A program made the translations under genes and the position numbers. Shown here in pieces: positions 1 through 16,336 of a stretch of 64,000 nt of DNA. Position 1 is the stretch's first letter; every line of letters begins with the position of its first letter. Origin of the DNA: Vitrella brassicaformis CCMP3155 (taxonomy: Eukaryota > Protista > Chromerida); assembly GCA_001179505.1 (NCBI GenBank), contig CDMY01000277.1, forward strand, positions 75,707 to 139,706, written 5' to 3'. Below the pieces are notes generated by a model. That model did no database searches. It had not been told where the DNA came from and saw nothing but the letters and a program-made list of their open reading frames with translations.

Positions 1-122
1 GATGGGGTAGAGAACGAATGGGCGGATACGCCACGGCAGACGCGCGGACGGACGGACAAACACGGCTGGCTGGCTTGCTGGCTGCTGGTAGGCTGTGGTG
101 TGTCCATCAGTCCATCCATCCA

Positions 123-2797
<2,675 letters not shown>

Positions 2798-3232
2798 TCT
2801 TCCTTGAGGGGGTCAGGTCACGGGACGAAAAAAATTGAGTCAAGGGGTGCGGTGGGGAGAGCTGACTGGCCGGCTGTCCTGTTTGTTCAGTCAGCTGCAG
2901 ACCCCCTCAGTTTCAATCACACGAGGCCGAGCAAGGCCTTTGCTTCTTCAGTTGTCAGACGACGGGACCACCTCTTGTTCGCCGTCCCTCGCCGCGAGCG
3001 GGAGCATTCCCTGACACACGCGAATCCCGAACGCTCAGCCCTTTTACCTGCGAGCTGGGGGGCTAGTAACGCCTACGATCGCGCAAGTGCAAAGAAGCGA
3101 GTTCTCGGCGTTTCTCGCGGTGTGTGGGAGATGCGGTTGCCGCTCTAGAGAGAGCCAGGAGAGCCAGGCTGCACTTGGTCTGCTAGCTTAGCCCCGTCTT
3201 CGCCCCCTGGCCCCTCTGGAGTGGCCGACAGA

Positions 3233-6200
3233 ATGAAGACCACAGGCATGGAACACCGCCGGAGGTGCGAACATCCCTGCAATGCATGTCTGCCGCATCG
3301 TGCCTTGACGTGTCCACTTGATGGCATTTCTGTCTGTCTGTCTGTCTGTCTGTGTGTGTGCAGCACGTTGATGAGCCAGGGAAGTCCTGGCGCCCCGCTG
3401 GCCGAGCGGAGGGCTTCCTTGATCAACCGTATAATGACCGAGCCTGAGCCGCCGGAGGATGCGACAAAGACGTCTCGCTACAGAAGAGCACTGAGACGCC
3501 TCCGTAGTGGAATCGAACGAAGCTACAGGGCCTTCGACAGGTTCCTGCGTTTGCCTTCCGTCGGACTGGCCTTTGACTCGCTGAATGTGATCTTCAGGTG
3601 GGCACGCAGACGCATCCATCACACGACTTGTGTGCTGACTGACGTAGTCGCATGTCTGTCTCTTTTCTCTGTCGCCAACAGTCTGCTGTCGAGTATGTTC
3701 TACATCTGGTCAACCTACGATGAGAAGGCAACGTGGATTCCCTTTGCCGAGGACGTCATCAGCATCTTCTTCTTCGCCGACTACGTGATCCGGCTGTGGG
3801 GGGCTCCCCACAAGCTGCACTTCGTGCGGAGCTTCATGGCCATTGTGGATGCTCTGACGCTGGTGCCCTTCATCCTGGACATGGCTGTGTCCTTCTACGA
3901 GGAAGGCCGCTTCAGGCTGGGCGACGGCGAGGAGGCGGTTGGCGAGTTGAGCATACTCTTTGTCTTCCGCGTCTTGCGTATCCTCCGCATCCAGCGGGCA
4001 TTCATCTACCTAGAGAACGAAGTCACACAACAGATACTCAGGATACTCCTCACACTCTTCAGGTCAGACCTGTGGGCCAGGGAGGGATGTGGGTGGAGGC
4101 AGACACCAAAAAGATGGATGGCTGGGTCGTTGTCGTGCAGTCTGGCTCTGTTTGGCGCGGGGCTGCTGCAGCGGCTGGAGGAGAAGAACACCGAGGGGCC
4201 CTTCGATTTTCACACCATGCTGTATTTTGTCGTCATAACGATATCCACTGTCGGTGAGTGTCTCGTGCGACCGACTCCAGCCATTACTATACATGTCAGC
4301 TCATGAATTCAGGCTACGGTGATATCGTGCCCGAGTCGCCGGCGGGTCGGGTTATAGTCTGTGCCCTTCTGGCCTTCTTCTTCATCTCCATCCCGGTGCA
4401 GACCAACGAGCTCTTCAGGCTGATGGGCATGCAGTCGGTGTACGCGCGCAAGACGTACAAGAGCCAGCTGGAGATACCGCACATCATCATCACTGGTGCA
4501 CGAGAAAGACACTCGCTGGTCTCGCTCCCCTCAGCAGGCGTCCATGCTGTGTCTGTCTTTCCTTTGTCTGTCCAGGCTGTGTGGACGTCCGGTCTCTGGA
4601 GGGCCTGCTTTTCTCTTTGCACGCGGAGCGACCAGCAGGTGCTCAGGTACATGACATGACCCATTCATTGAGGGTGACGCACAATGGTTGACGCTTCCTT
4701 CCTGTCAACTCGGCATTCAGGATCCCAATGTGGTCATTCTGCAGCCGCTCGCCCCCAGCCCAGCGATGGAGGCCTTCCTACGCCAGCCCAACTACGTCGG
4801 CAGCATCACGTATCTCCAGGGCTCATCCGTCGACTCACGCGACCTCATCAACCGCTGCCAGGTCGCCAGGGCCGCGGCCACCATCGTGCTGGCCAACCCG
4901 ATCGACATCGTGGGTATCGATGACGACCGCTTGAATGTGTTTGCTGCGCTGGTCGTCAAGCACACGGCGAGGAGCGTGGGGGCGGCCGACCACAAGGTCG
5001 TGCTGCAGCTCAATCGGGCGGCGATAGATTTCCACTACTTCGACTCTGACTCCGCCCAGTCGATTGATCAGCCGGTGCCGATCCAGAAGTTCTGTATGGC
5101 ACTGCTGGGGATGTCGTGTCTCTGCCCAGGCATCAGCACGCTCGTCTATAACCTCTTCACCCATCCCCGGCAGGAGGAGTCGGCCGCCTTCGACAAGGCC
5201 ACCCCGTGGGAAGAGGACTTCAACATCAGCCGGGCCATGAAGGCAGGTCTCACACGCTGACAGACCGACTGACTGACTGACTCGTCAGGGGTGGAGCGTC
5301 TGATGGTTGGTCGTTTGTGTATGTGTCTGGTGCTTGCTGCAGATCTTCAAGACACCCCTGCCGGCTCACTTTGCGGGCCAGACTTTCTGTCAGGTGGCCA
5401 ACAAAGTGTTCAATTCGACCGGTGCCATCCTGTTTGCACTGGAGGTCGATGTGGCCAACACATCTGTGCTCAGACTCAACCCGTCCACGTACACGTAAGT
5501 CGTGATTGAGTGAGCAGAGCTTCTGTCTCGTCTCATCCATTGCTTCTTCCTTTCTTCGGTCCTTCCTTCGTGCAGCCTGCCTTCATTCGATGACAACCTT
5601 GTGTCGGCTTACGTGATTGCCGAGGACGCCGAGCAAGCCGCTCTCATCGAAGAGCTCGCTGAGGTGAGTGAGTGAGTGAATCAACGAGACAGACTTGTCT
5701 GCACACCCACCCACGCGCATCGAGGGAGGGAGAGCCTTCCTCTTTCTCTCTGTCTGTCTGTCTGTCTGTATGCCTGTGCAGGACGGTGGGTTTCTGGCAG
5801 TGACCGGCAAGCGGCGTCGCAAGCGGCCGTCGCAAGGCAGGCAGCACCGACAGGGCAGACCTGAGGGCGACATCAGACTGCTCCCCCAAGACACGGGCCA
5901 GATGGTAGATGCAGACCTCCTGACTATCCATTCTCCAGCGATGGAGTGCCACTTTCTGTGTTTTTTCTTTCCTCACGGATGGATAGGATGGTCGTGTGCA
6001 GCCCAATCCCTACGAGGACCTCGACGCGCTGTTCGAAGAGTATTGGATACTAAAAGTGAGCAATTACACTCCCACGTGTGCTTTGTGTGTGTGCGTATTA
6101 ACACGTGTGTGTGTATCGTTGCACAGGAGGCGTGTCCTTTGGCTGACGTGAAGCTGCAAGGCGACGCGGCCACAATGGACATTCAGGAGCACATCATCGT

Positions 6201-8039
6201 CTCCAGCAAAGCGCTCCCAGTGAGTCGCTGCGGGATACAGATGGACGACTTCATGCATCGATCACTTCGTGTGTGTGTTTCACTGGTCCATCAGGAGAAC
6301 CTGTTGCATCTGATTCTCCCGCTGCGGTCCAAGAGCGCCGCGTCCGTCATACCTATCGTCTTCCTGGTGAGAGAGCCCCCCGCTCCCGGTAGATGTGCAC
6401 ATCTCCTGCAGAAGTTCCCCCTGGTCTACTGGACGGAAGGCAATCCGCTCAACAGAGCCGATCTGGTGAGTGAGAGAGGGAGGCACGCCTCCTTCATATG
6501 TGGATCGTCGTTGTGTGGTGGCACCGGCCGTGCAGGAGAGGGCGGGGATTCACGACGCATCCATGGCCATCGTGCTGTCGTGCCCCGCAGACGCCACATC
6601 GATAGGCACCGAGTCCGCAGACTCAACACTGAGAGGCCGCGAGAGCGTTTCTGACTGGCTGCTGGACATCGACACGGTGTTCCAGTACAAGTGCATCAAG
6701 GGCGCCCGGCCCGACATGCCCGTCTATTGCATGATGATGGTCGCAGACAATGTCGAGTTCCTCGAGGCGTCAACGATCGACGCCCTGCGACGACGGATGA
6801 ATGCGGCAGGGGCGGAGGGAGACCAGCTCAAGGCTCTCATGCCCAGCACGTCGCCGGCCCAGCTGGCTGCCCAGCGGCTGGCCAAGAGATCGATGGCTGC
6901 TGTTGATGTGCCACCCACGCGCTCGCACCTCGTCGCAGCCGGAGAGGTGTTGCTGGCTGGCTTGGGGGAGTCGCTGACGGTGCAGGCCCTATGGCACCCA
7001 CACAGGCTGTCCATCATACGACAACTCATCTTTGTGAGTGAGAAATGCAAGCAAATCCCCAGTCTCCATCGTCTCACCTTGGCAGGAAGAGACTGAGAGT
7101 GATCCGATTGTGAACGCCATCTGCCAGTCCTCCGGATTGCTCCAGTCCCGCTTGTACCTGGTGCCGATGCCCGAGGAGCTTCAGAACCCAACTTTCGGAC
7201 AGCTCTTCCACTGGCTCGCCACCGAACACCACATGGTGAGCCAGTCAGTCATGCGCGCCTCCGATAACCCTCCCTTCCATTCTCCTTCCTTGCATGTCTC
7301 AATCAGATAGCGCTCGGTGCCTACTGCGGGGCCAACGGTCGCTTCTCGCCCCGTCAGAACCGGTCTCCGTATGTGTTCCTCAACCCGCCGTACGACACGC
7401 GGCTGTCGCACCTCGACCGCATCTATGTCCTCTCGCCGCGGATACCCACCGTATGTCTGTCGGCTTGCATGAACATACTGAAGGACAGACACAAGCAGGG
7501 ATATACGGTTTGTCGGGGTGTGTGCAGTCGTTTTATTTCCACAATCGCCATCTGCCCGAGGTTGTGCAGTCACAGGCGTTGATTGCGAGGAGAGCAGACG
7601 TACGCACAGCTGACCGGGACAGATGGAGGAGACATGAGGCAGACATCCATAATCTCTCCTTGTACAATCTCTCTCTCTCTCTCTCTCTGTGCGCGCGCGT
7701 GTGTGTGTGTGTGTGTCCCATTTCAGCACGAGGATGAGATTGCGGCCCTCACTGGCTCCCCTCTCCCCACCGCACAGACAGCCGATGTGCATCAGGCGCT
7801 GGATGACATTGTGGCGTATGTTGAGGGCGTGGACAAGACCGTCACAGCGCTCGAGGAGGCCACCTGGAAGGCCAAGCACGAGCTCAGACAAAAGGTGGGA
7901 GCACAGCATGTTTCATCATGACACGTGTGTGTGTGTGTGTGTGTGTGAGCAGATTCAGGATTGCATCCACGAGGAGCTGCTGCACACGGCCCCCCCGAGG
8001 AAAGGCTCAACCAAGCGTGTGTCGCTCGCTGGCGTCTAG
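3233..8039 (+). CDS. Slo/BK-like potassium channel (6TM pore plus two RCK-like domains and a C-terminal coiled coil), multi-exon
   Basis: S4-like FRVLRILRIQR. The selectivity filter TISTVG|YGDIVP is split by the intron at 4254-4312. RCK-like segments include IPHIIITG, QVARAAATIVLA, MALLGMSCLCPGISTL, EHIIV and YVFLNPP. The first exon MKTTGMEHRR splices in frame to TLMSQG. Confidence 0.9.
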
Positions 8040-8043
8040 TGTC

Positions 8044-8078
<35 letters not shown>

Positions 8079-8301
8079 GCATAAGGCGATTTCGATGTGA
8101 TATTTGTGTGTGTGGCTGGCAGTGGTGAGACGTGCGATGTTGGATAGGTGGCTTCACGCAGTCAGTATTTGTCTCGTGCAAGCACTCGGAAAAAGATCAC
8201 AGACGGAGCTTATTCAGCTCCCATCACATAACGCACCTACCTACCTTCCTTGCTACCTACCTACGACAAATAATAAAGACGGGGTCCTCACAGCATGCTC
8301 A

Positions 8302-10201
8302 TCACGACCTATACTGGCTGTTCTCAATGACGTATTCGACAGTGAGGTCGGCCCCATACACTCTGCATGACGACTGGCCCAGGTCCATGTCGACGTCGAT
8401 GCGCACCGACCGGTCGTGGCTGGGGAAGTCCGGCTTCTTGCCGCCGATGAAGAGCTCCGCCGACCTCATGTACTCAGTCAGCTTCCGCTCCAACTCGGGG
8501 GTCAGATTGAAGGCACCGTTGGAGTACACTGAATCCTACACACAAAGACAGGCAGGCCACACATGGCATGGATGGGCACACGCGTCCATTAGTGGCTCGT
8601 CTTAAGTACTCGGTCCATGAAGATCTTGGTCTTCCTGAGCTGCTCGTCGGTCAGGCCCTCCCCCACCCGCCCAAGCGCACTGCCCAATGCGCACGCCAGG
8701 CGGCCAATGTTCGGATCGTTGCCTGAGGGCAGGCAGGGAAAGAGCGACCCAGAAAGACGTGACAATGGATGTGCAAGCATGTGGGTGCGTGCCTGCGATA
8801 GCTGATTTGAGTAGGGGCGAGTTGATGACGCTCTTGGCCAGCGCCTTGGCGATGGCGAAACTGGGCGCCCTGCTCACATTGCACTCGATCACATGCTTCA
8901 CACCTGCCTCCCCACACACAGAGATGAACACACACTCACATGTGCACACGGAAAGCATCGTCTATCCCTCTGTCACCGACTGGCTGACCTTCTCCATTGC
9001 GGACGATCTCCTTGCTGAGCTGCCGCGACACCTCAAAAAGCGCCTCCTGGAACTCAAGCAGCTGCGCATCGGGGTCACTGTCACCATCACCGCCTCCCAG
9101 CGGCACACGATTCGACGACAGCAGCCAAACAGTATCGGAGGTCGACTCGTCGGCATCGATGCTGATACAGTTGAAGGTCTCAGCCACCACTTTGTCCAGC
9201 GTCTTCTGCAGCGTAGCACGCGGCACGGCCATGTCCGTGAGGATGAAGACGAGCATCGTGGCCATGTTGGGTTCGATCATGCCGGCCCCCTTGGCCACGC
9301 CCACCACCTTGGCGCCGTTCTTGAGGGTGATGCCGAACGCCTTGGGGTAGGCGTCGGTCGTCATGATGGCCCTCGCAAAGTCCGCCACCGAATGACTGCC
9401 GATGTCCTTCTCCTTCTCCACCTGGAACCGTGACTCGATCAGCTGCGGGATGGCGCTGGCCATCTCCTTCATCGGCAGCTCCCAACCTATGATCCCCGTC
9501 GACGACACTGCGATGTTCTCAGCCGACCAGTCAGGGCCCAGCCCGTTAGCCACGTCCACACACAAGGTCTCTGCCTTGTCCATGCCGTGCTTGTTGGCCG
9601 CGTTGGATATCCGGTTGTTGACCAGCAGACCGCCCATTTTCGTTGACTCGGCCAGCCGCTGTCTGCCGAGCGTCACGGGATGGCCGCAGAAGCGGTTTTT
9701 GGTGAAGACGGCGGCGAAGTTCTCGGAGGGCTTCTCGGTAGTGAGTAGCGCCATGTTGAGCTTGTAGGGCTTCGAGCTCTCCAGGGGCAGCTCCTGAGGG
9801 AAGAAGATGATGTCCTTGGCCACACCCAGGTAGAAGCCCTTGGGCAGCGGCAGGTTCTCCAGCCGGTCATAGTACGCACGTCGGGCCTCTTGTGCATCGC
9901 TGTCTAAGCCATCTTCAGCAGCAGAGCCCAGCAGTGTCTGCAGTGGCCTTCTCCCCTTCCGCAGGCTCGCTAGAAAGGACATCGAATGCTCTGCTCCCAC
10001 CCTCCTCCTCAGAGAGAGATCAGACGTCCTCAGTGCCTCTGGTCTCCCGCCGATGAGTCGAGACGAGCTGGTGATGAATGCACTTCCACGACGAGAAGGT
10101 GCCGATGGTAGATCCGTCGCTGCGACTCTCCCACAAGCGCACAGGGCGGCAAGAAATCTGATTTGCAGCACAACCATCAGGTGCAGCGGCGGCCTCGCCA
10201 T
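8302..10201 (-). CDS. argJ: Ornithine/glutamate N-acetyltransferase ArgJ with a bipartite (signal plus transit-like) leader
   Basis: AKGAGMIEPNMATMLVFILTD carries the autocleavage Thr. Other conserved stretches are SIDADESTSDTV, IVRNGEG, SPLLKSAIAG|NDPNIGR and the C-terminal GADLTVEYVIENSQYRS. The N-terminus is a hydrophobic stretch followed by a Ser/Arg-rich region containing SAF. Confidence 0.93.
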
Positions 10202-10238
10202 GATGCATGGAAGCGCACGCCTTCGCCGAAAACAACAA

Positions 10239-10247
10239 TTGCGAGCT
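10239..10247 (+). promoter_or_regulatory. Candidate promoter motif TTGCGAGCT (ArgJ / BTB-TLDc)
   Basis: Exact motif inside the 93-bp divergent spacer. It recurs at 22085, 26314 and 49054. Confidence 0.55.
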
Positions 10248-10294
10248 CAGAAGTAGAAGGGCGATCTGAATGTGCAGCCGGCAAATGGGCTTCG

Positions 10295-13200
10295 ATGAGC
10301 ATTGAAATCGCCTCTGCAGCTCCTTTGAAGCGCTCCTACCGCGAGATGAGTAACGACGACACGGACCAAGACATGACTGCGGCGGACATCCCGAGAACGG
10401 GCTCGCCACTGGATGCGAGGCTTGAAGAGGCCATGGCGGCATGCAACTCCCTGAGTGCAACGAGTGACCGTGTTGTCCAGGTAAATCATACGCTTTAGCC
10501 GCGAAGCGAAGTGACGGTTGTGAACGGTGGCATGGATCTTGTTGTGGGTCTTTCAGGAGTTGAGGCGGCTGGCAGAGGAGCACACGGCGTTGATAGTGGC
10601 TATGGGAGGCGAGCCGCAGCCCCGTGACTTCAGCACATACATTCAACTCAACGTCGGCGGGTAGAGCGAAAGAACATGAGTGTGCCACAGGAGAATGTGT
10701 GTGTGTGTGTGCGTGTGTTCTATTAGGCTGCATCGCACTGTGAAGCGGTCCCTGTTTGCCATTCCTGCCCTGAGCGGCACTGTCGTTGCTGAATTGTTCT
10801 CTGGCCGATGGGACAAGCCGTTCGTCAAAGACAGCAGTGGACGGCTGTTCCTCGGTGAGATACCTTAACTCAGACAGCCATTCGCCAAAGCACCCTGTGT
10901 GTGTGTGTGTGACCCATTCAGATATCCATCCGCCGGCCTTTGTGTGGCTCGAGCGCCAGGCAGCACGCCACCCCACCGCCCAGCACGAGGACGCCTTCCT
11001 CCTCCCTCCACACTTCGAGGAAGACCCCTGTTTCCACTTCCACGTCAGGCGGCTCCTCAAGCGCGACATCAAGCCCGCAGACACACACACAACGACTGCC
11101 AGCCCACCCCCGTCGCCGCCCAACACCACCGAGCCAGAGGGGAGCAACAAGCACAGCAGGAGCGCCACACAGCCGCTGGAGGCCCTCATAGCGACTTTGC
11201 TGAGTGACGCGAGGCGGTTGCAGGAGGTGTGTGACATGCAGGAGAGGCAGAGAATGCAGCTGCGAAGAGTGCAGACATTCCTGAGAGACGGCAGCGGTGG
11301 GGCAGATCGTGATGGGGACGACGTCGTGTCGGTCGATGTGGTCGGGCAGCAGAGTGTGGCCACCACAGTTTCGACAGTGAGGGAGCTGGGGGAGCATTCG
11401 GTGCTCTGTGGGAGGTTTTTGAATGGGTAAGAACCAGCCGAACACACAAGTCAGTGAGGGCCAGCTGGTCGATTTCCTGTCTTGTGTGTCTGGCTAGGTG
11501 GCAGAGTCGCGTGTGTAACGTCAAGCTAGACCACTTCCTGCGTGTCATCGATGTCGCGCGCCGCAAGAGGCTCGAGAAGCTGCTGGCCAGGCTGCCGCCA
11601 CTGCCTGGCACATGCACCTCTGGGTGCGAGCGGGCCTCCTCAGGCCCTGGCGATGCGGTCATCGAGACGACGTGGGACAGCATGCCTGACGTCGGGTGGA
11701 AGGGCGTTCCCGCGGGGGAGCGGCGTGTGTTTCTGCAGTGCCTGGAGATGTATGGCATGTAAGTGACCGAAACAGAGACTGACATAGAAATGTGTGTACT
11801 ATGTGTGCTGCTGCTGCTGCTGCTGTATTTCATGTATGCAGAGACCACTTCCATCTGCTGACTAATGAGGATCTGCCGGCGCTGCGTGAGTGGATTCACG
11901 AGCACGACTATGTGACTCCGAGGTTCGAGCTGCCCCCGGCTGTCGGACATCCCTCATTCCGCTGCGTGTACAGGTGTGCCCGCCCTGATACTAGTCTGAT
12001 ATGACCTCACGATGCCATCGTGACTGATGTGTGTCTTCCTGTTCAAGGGCAACACGTGATGGTTGGAACTACGACCACTTCTTTGAGGCGCTGCGTGGGC
12101 TGCCCGAAATGTGCCCACTGCTCCTGCTGATCCGCGCAGCAGGGACAGGCGAGATCATCTGCCTCTACATCGAAGGAAGACTGGAGCCTGGTCAGGAGGG
12201 CATCAGGCTCCGGCAGTGGCTGATGAGACTGCGGGGGTTCCCACATGCCCGCTGGACGGGCAGGGTCCAACACGGCCCAGGGGCAGCTGGGGAGAAGGTC
12301 TACACAGCAGGTGGGCTTGCGCTCATGGATGGATATGTATGTCTGTACGTTGCAAGTGTGTGTCCGTCTCCTTCACTCATTGATTGATTCGTTTGTTCAG
12401 GTCCTGGAGATGCGCAGAAGGAGATGAGTTTGGAGGACTGCACCTTCTCGCAGCGGTGCCGCATTAGCCTTTTCAGCTCGCATCTCCAGCTGGGCGTCGT
12501 AAAGATGGCCCCTCCTCCACTCCCAGCCTCACCTCAACAAGCCACTGCCAAATCCGCCAGACCATCACCAACCACCGCCCGTCGCATGCGCCCCATGTCG
12601 AGCGCCGTTCGACGGTCCAAGAAGTCAATGCAGATGCCACTGCTGACATCCGGCACGTCAGCCCCACAACAGCGCGACGAGCAGGCCACACCAGCACAGG
12701 CAGCCAAGGATGAGGGGGAGGAGTCGCGGTCGGCGGGCCCGGCTGCTGCGGCGGCGGCCGCAGCGGTCCAGCCGTGCGTTGCGCTCTCGTCTGACGAGAA
12801 TGACTGGTGCATGGACGGTGAGGCAACGGGAGACGACGACGAGGACGATAAGGGTCGGGCCGCGGCATTGATGGTCGCGGCAGCGGCCAAGAAGGAGCAG
12901 GTGCCATCGGAGCGTCGCGACCCGGAGGTGCCCATGTCGCTGCCGCTGCTGATGGACGCCATGGACAGGCGTCGTGTCCCATCCGTCAAGCGGCGTGTGG
13001 CAGGGCCCGATCAAGGGCCAGGGGACATCCCTGCTCCCCCACCACCCTCTCGGACCCCGCCCCTTCCCACCCCGACGGGATCCGAGAGTGTGGACTCAGA
13101 CGAAGAAGGCGACTGGGGCACCGGCCCTCTCCGCCCACGACAAGCGCTCAAGACAGAGCAGCCATCAGCAGCGATGGATAACGTGGGGTCGGCCTCTGCT

Positions 13201-13545
13201 GCTGCTGCTGCTGCTGCTGACGGTGGTGGGAGTCCTAGCGGCTCAGGGGTAGGGCCGATAAGCGAGTCTCTATGCACGGTGCATGTGGGGATGGACAACA
13301 TGTGGCGGCCGCGTGGATGGCCGCCCAACCAGCCCAAGAGCAAGTCCGGCAGATACGTGCCGCTGGTCACGTCGGAGTGGGACAGCGACCAGGGCACATT
13401 CGACTTTGTGGTGAGAGACAGACACGGACACACGCAGGCACGCAGGCACTGTCGATCGCCCCCATCCATCTGTCGTGTTGTGTTCGTGTCGTGTGGTGCC
13501 ATGCAGGCGGATCAGATAGAGGTGCTTACGTGGACCAGCCCGTAG
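10295..13545 (+). CDS. BTB/POZ (KCTD-type, two copies) plus TLDc-like domain protein
   Basis: The first BTB reads IQLNVGG..FTVKRSLFAIP..AELFSGRWD..DSSGRLFL|DIHPPAF. A second BTB-like segment reads VSVDVVGQ..TTVSTV. TLDc-like pieces are VY|RATRDGWNYDHF..PLLLLIR and the terminal QIEVL. Confidence 0.7.
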
Positions 13546-14156
13546 CAGCAGGGGGGCAGTGCGAGTGCAGCTGCATCTGCATCTGCCTTGTTTTGATCAG
13601 CTGGGTTGAGAGAGGGGTCCGTGGTTTGGGCGATCTCCATTTCATGCGTCAGTGTCTCCATTTTCTACAACATGTCTCTACTCTGTCGCTCTTTACGTGC
13701 ATGAACTTTCTCGTTGGTTAATGACAGATCAGTCTGTGTGTCTAGACGTGCTGGCAGTGTATGTGTCTGTCGCATTTCCTGCCTCCCCTGTCATGTTGTT
13801 CTGCGAGCGGGCCTCGTTGCATGTGGATGTTCCACGTGGAAGGCGAGGCTCTAGGCTACGCAGCGCATGAGCGGTGAGGTAGAAGAGATGGCTGGCGGAC
13901 ACAGATCACTGCTTGTTGTGGATGGACTGGTCAACAACAAGGCTGGGGGGAGACTCGGTACGAGACACGGGTACGCCCTTCGGGTGATCGATTAGACAGG
14001 GATCTGACCAAAGAAGCGTGCGTATGCATGTGCATGTACATGCATTCCGTACACCCATCCATGCACGAATACGTATGAATGTGTCCCTGCCGCTATATCC
14101 GCAAGCCAGCACAAGCAATCAATCCCCATCCATTCGTCCGTAGCAACCATCATACA

Positions 14157-16244
14157 TCAGAGCTTCAGCTGCGTGACAGCAAGAGCCGTCTCAGCTCTCA
14201 GGAACCCCTGCACGTCATCAGGGGCGCTCAACGGCATCTTCTTAACAGCGTGCTGAATCAACACGTCCCCCCCACCCCCGCCCTTCCTCACTCCTTCAGG
14301 CACAGTCACCGGACCCCTTTTGATGCCCTGAAGAGACACCGCCTTCGCGTCGACAGAGAACCGCCTCCCAGCTGTGGCAGTGAGCTGGTTCACACCGATG
14401 GGCACTGCAGAAAGCGTGGTCTCACGTTCCGGTGGGCCCTTTTCCGGCTGCTCTTCTTGCTGGCTGGAGGGGGGCCGCCAGTCAAGCGCGGTGCCATGCG
14501 GCTTGATGACAACGCCGCTGGCCGACTTGTATGTCTTTGATGGGGGTGCGCGGATGGTTGTCACTGCGAGATGCGACCCAAGTAGGGACGCCTTTCTCGG
14601 ATGGTGGGATGTGGCTGCTGCTGCTGCTGCTGCCTGTGTTGGCTCAGAGAGGGATGTTAGCATGCCATCAAGACGGAGGGCCTGACAATAAGACAGGGAT
14701 AGGCAGGCCGTCATGAAAGAAGGTGCCGTGTCTCTGCTACTGTCTTGCGAGTTCGTGGCTCGCGTGATTGGATGGCTGACCTTCTGTGCAATCTGCTGAG
14801 CCTCCTCCATCTCGCCCGTCTGTTGGGCCCTGTCAACTTCCTGCGACACAGGAGACGTTAAAGACACGACGTCCAATGATGTCTTGTTGCTCTCGTCTGT
14901 TCTCCTGACTTTGTACAGAGCTGCAATGCGCTTCTTCAGGACTCTAGGCTTCAGAGGCCGCCACGGAACAGCAAGAATGTGGTCAATCACCTGGAGACAC
15001 ATGCGAGATGCCTCAGTACGTATCCGTCTCGGTGTCATCCATTAGTGAATACTCACCTCGGCTGCATCAATCGTCGTGTCTTCCTCACCCTCCCTTTCCG
15101 CGTCAACCGACACGGACACGGCGGCACTCGCATCAGGCGCCTTACCCCTGCACAACGGGTCGGTCCCCAGCTCGGCGGCCAGTGCCTTGACGTCATCCAC
15201 CGTGACCTCACTCTTGTCCCTCCATTGCTCCTTCATCCAAGCCCTCACTTCCACCTGCTCCCAAATGGATAGGAGCTTGTCACAAGTGATGGACGCCTTT
15301 GCCCTTTTCTCTTCCACAACGCGATTGACAGGTGCACTCCGCTCTTCAGGAGTCTCTGCTTCGCCGAGCTCGCTGAGTGTGTCCGCCATGCCCACCGTCT
15401 TCTTGAGTCGCTTTTCCTCCAGTGCCCGCCACTTATCGTGAATCTTCTTGGCTTCCTGAAAGCACTCCCTCTCAATAGTGGACATCTTCGAGAAGCCATA
15501 GGCTGAAAGGCGCCTGTAGACTGGCGGGCGGCTTTGATGTGATGGAGGCGGGGGAACCGTTGCGCGAGTGGTCGGCTGCAGTGGTGCTGAAGGCGCTGCT
15601 GTCTTCTTGGCTGAGTCAAGGAACGGCACGATCTGCGCAGCTCTGATTCGCTCGATGGCCGTGACCTCATGTCTGTCGAGGACCTGCAATTGAGGCAGAT
15701 GGTAGATGACTCTAAGCCTGTAGTCGGGCTCCTCCGCCACAGGATTTCCAAAGAGGTCAAGCTTCTTGAGGAACCGAAAGGCCTTCAGCACAGATAGGAG
15801 CCGCTCAAGGTTGCGGAGGCAGTTGTTCGACGCTGAGAACACCTCCAGAAACCTGAAAAGAAGAAGAGAAATCGAATTCTGCACTGTATACGTCCTCGTC
15901 TTCCTCACTTGAAGCGACGCAGAGAAGAATTCTGAAGAGTTACGAGTCGGTTGTTCTCCACATAGACCTGCACACACAGCAGAGTCGGACACGTAACACC
16001 ATTGGGTGTGTGTGAATGAGTGGCAGTGGTACTGGCGTACCTCTTTGACTCTGAAGTTGCCATCCAGGTTGTTGAGGTGGGTAAGTTGGTTGTCCGACAG
16101 CCAAAGGACGGCGACATTTGGGAACTTCTTGAAGTCCTCGCTGAGCACGTGTCCCTGCCTGCCCGCGAGGTAGACATTTTCGCATTTCTTGGCTGCTTCG
16201 CCCGTCTTCAGGGACACACATTGCCATGGGTCAAGCACCTTCAT
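14157..16244 (-). CDS. LRRC72-like (SDS22/U2A'-type) leucine-rich repeat protein with a long C-terminal extension
   Basis: LRRs include VLWLSDNQLTHL, VYVENNRL, VFSASNNCLRNL and LKKLDLFGNPVAEEPDYRLRVIYHLPQLQVLDRHEVT (LRRcap). At least four introns. Confidence 0.78.
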
Positions 16245-16336
16245 CGTCGCTCAGAGCGGACTTCGAGTCGGAGACGGCCCCCACCGTGCCCCCACGAACA
16301 AAACTGAACCACTCAGGCTGTCACTGGCAGACAGCA

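Noticed and set aside
16226-16244. Apparent overlap of two opposite start codons
   Set aside because: The downstream ATG at 16337 gives a normal divergent arrangement. The upstream extension has no support.
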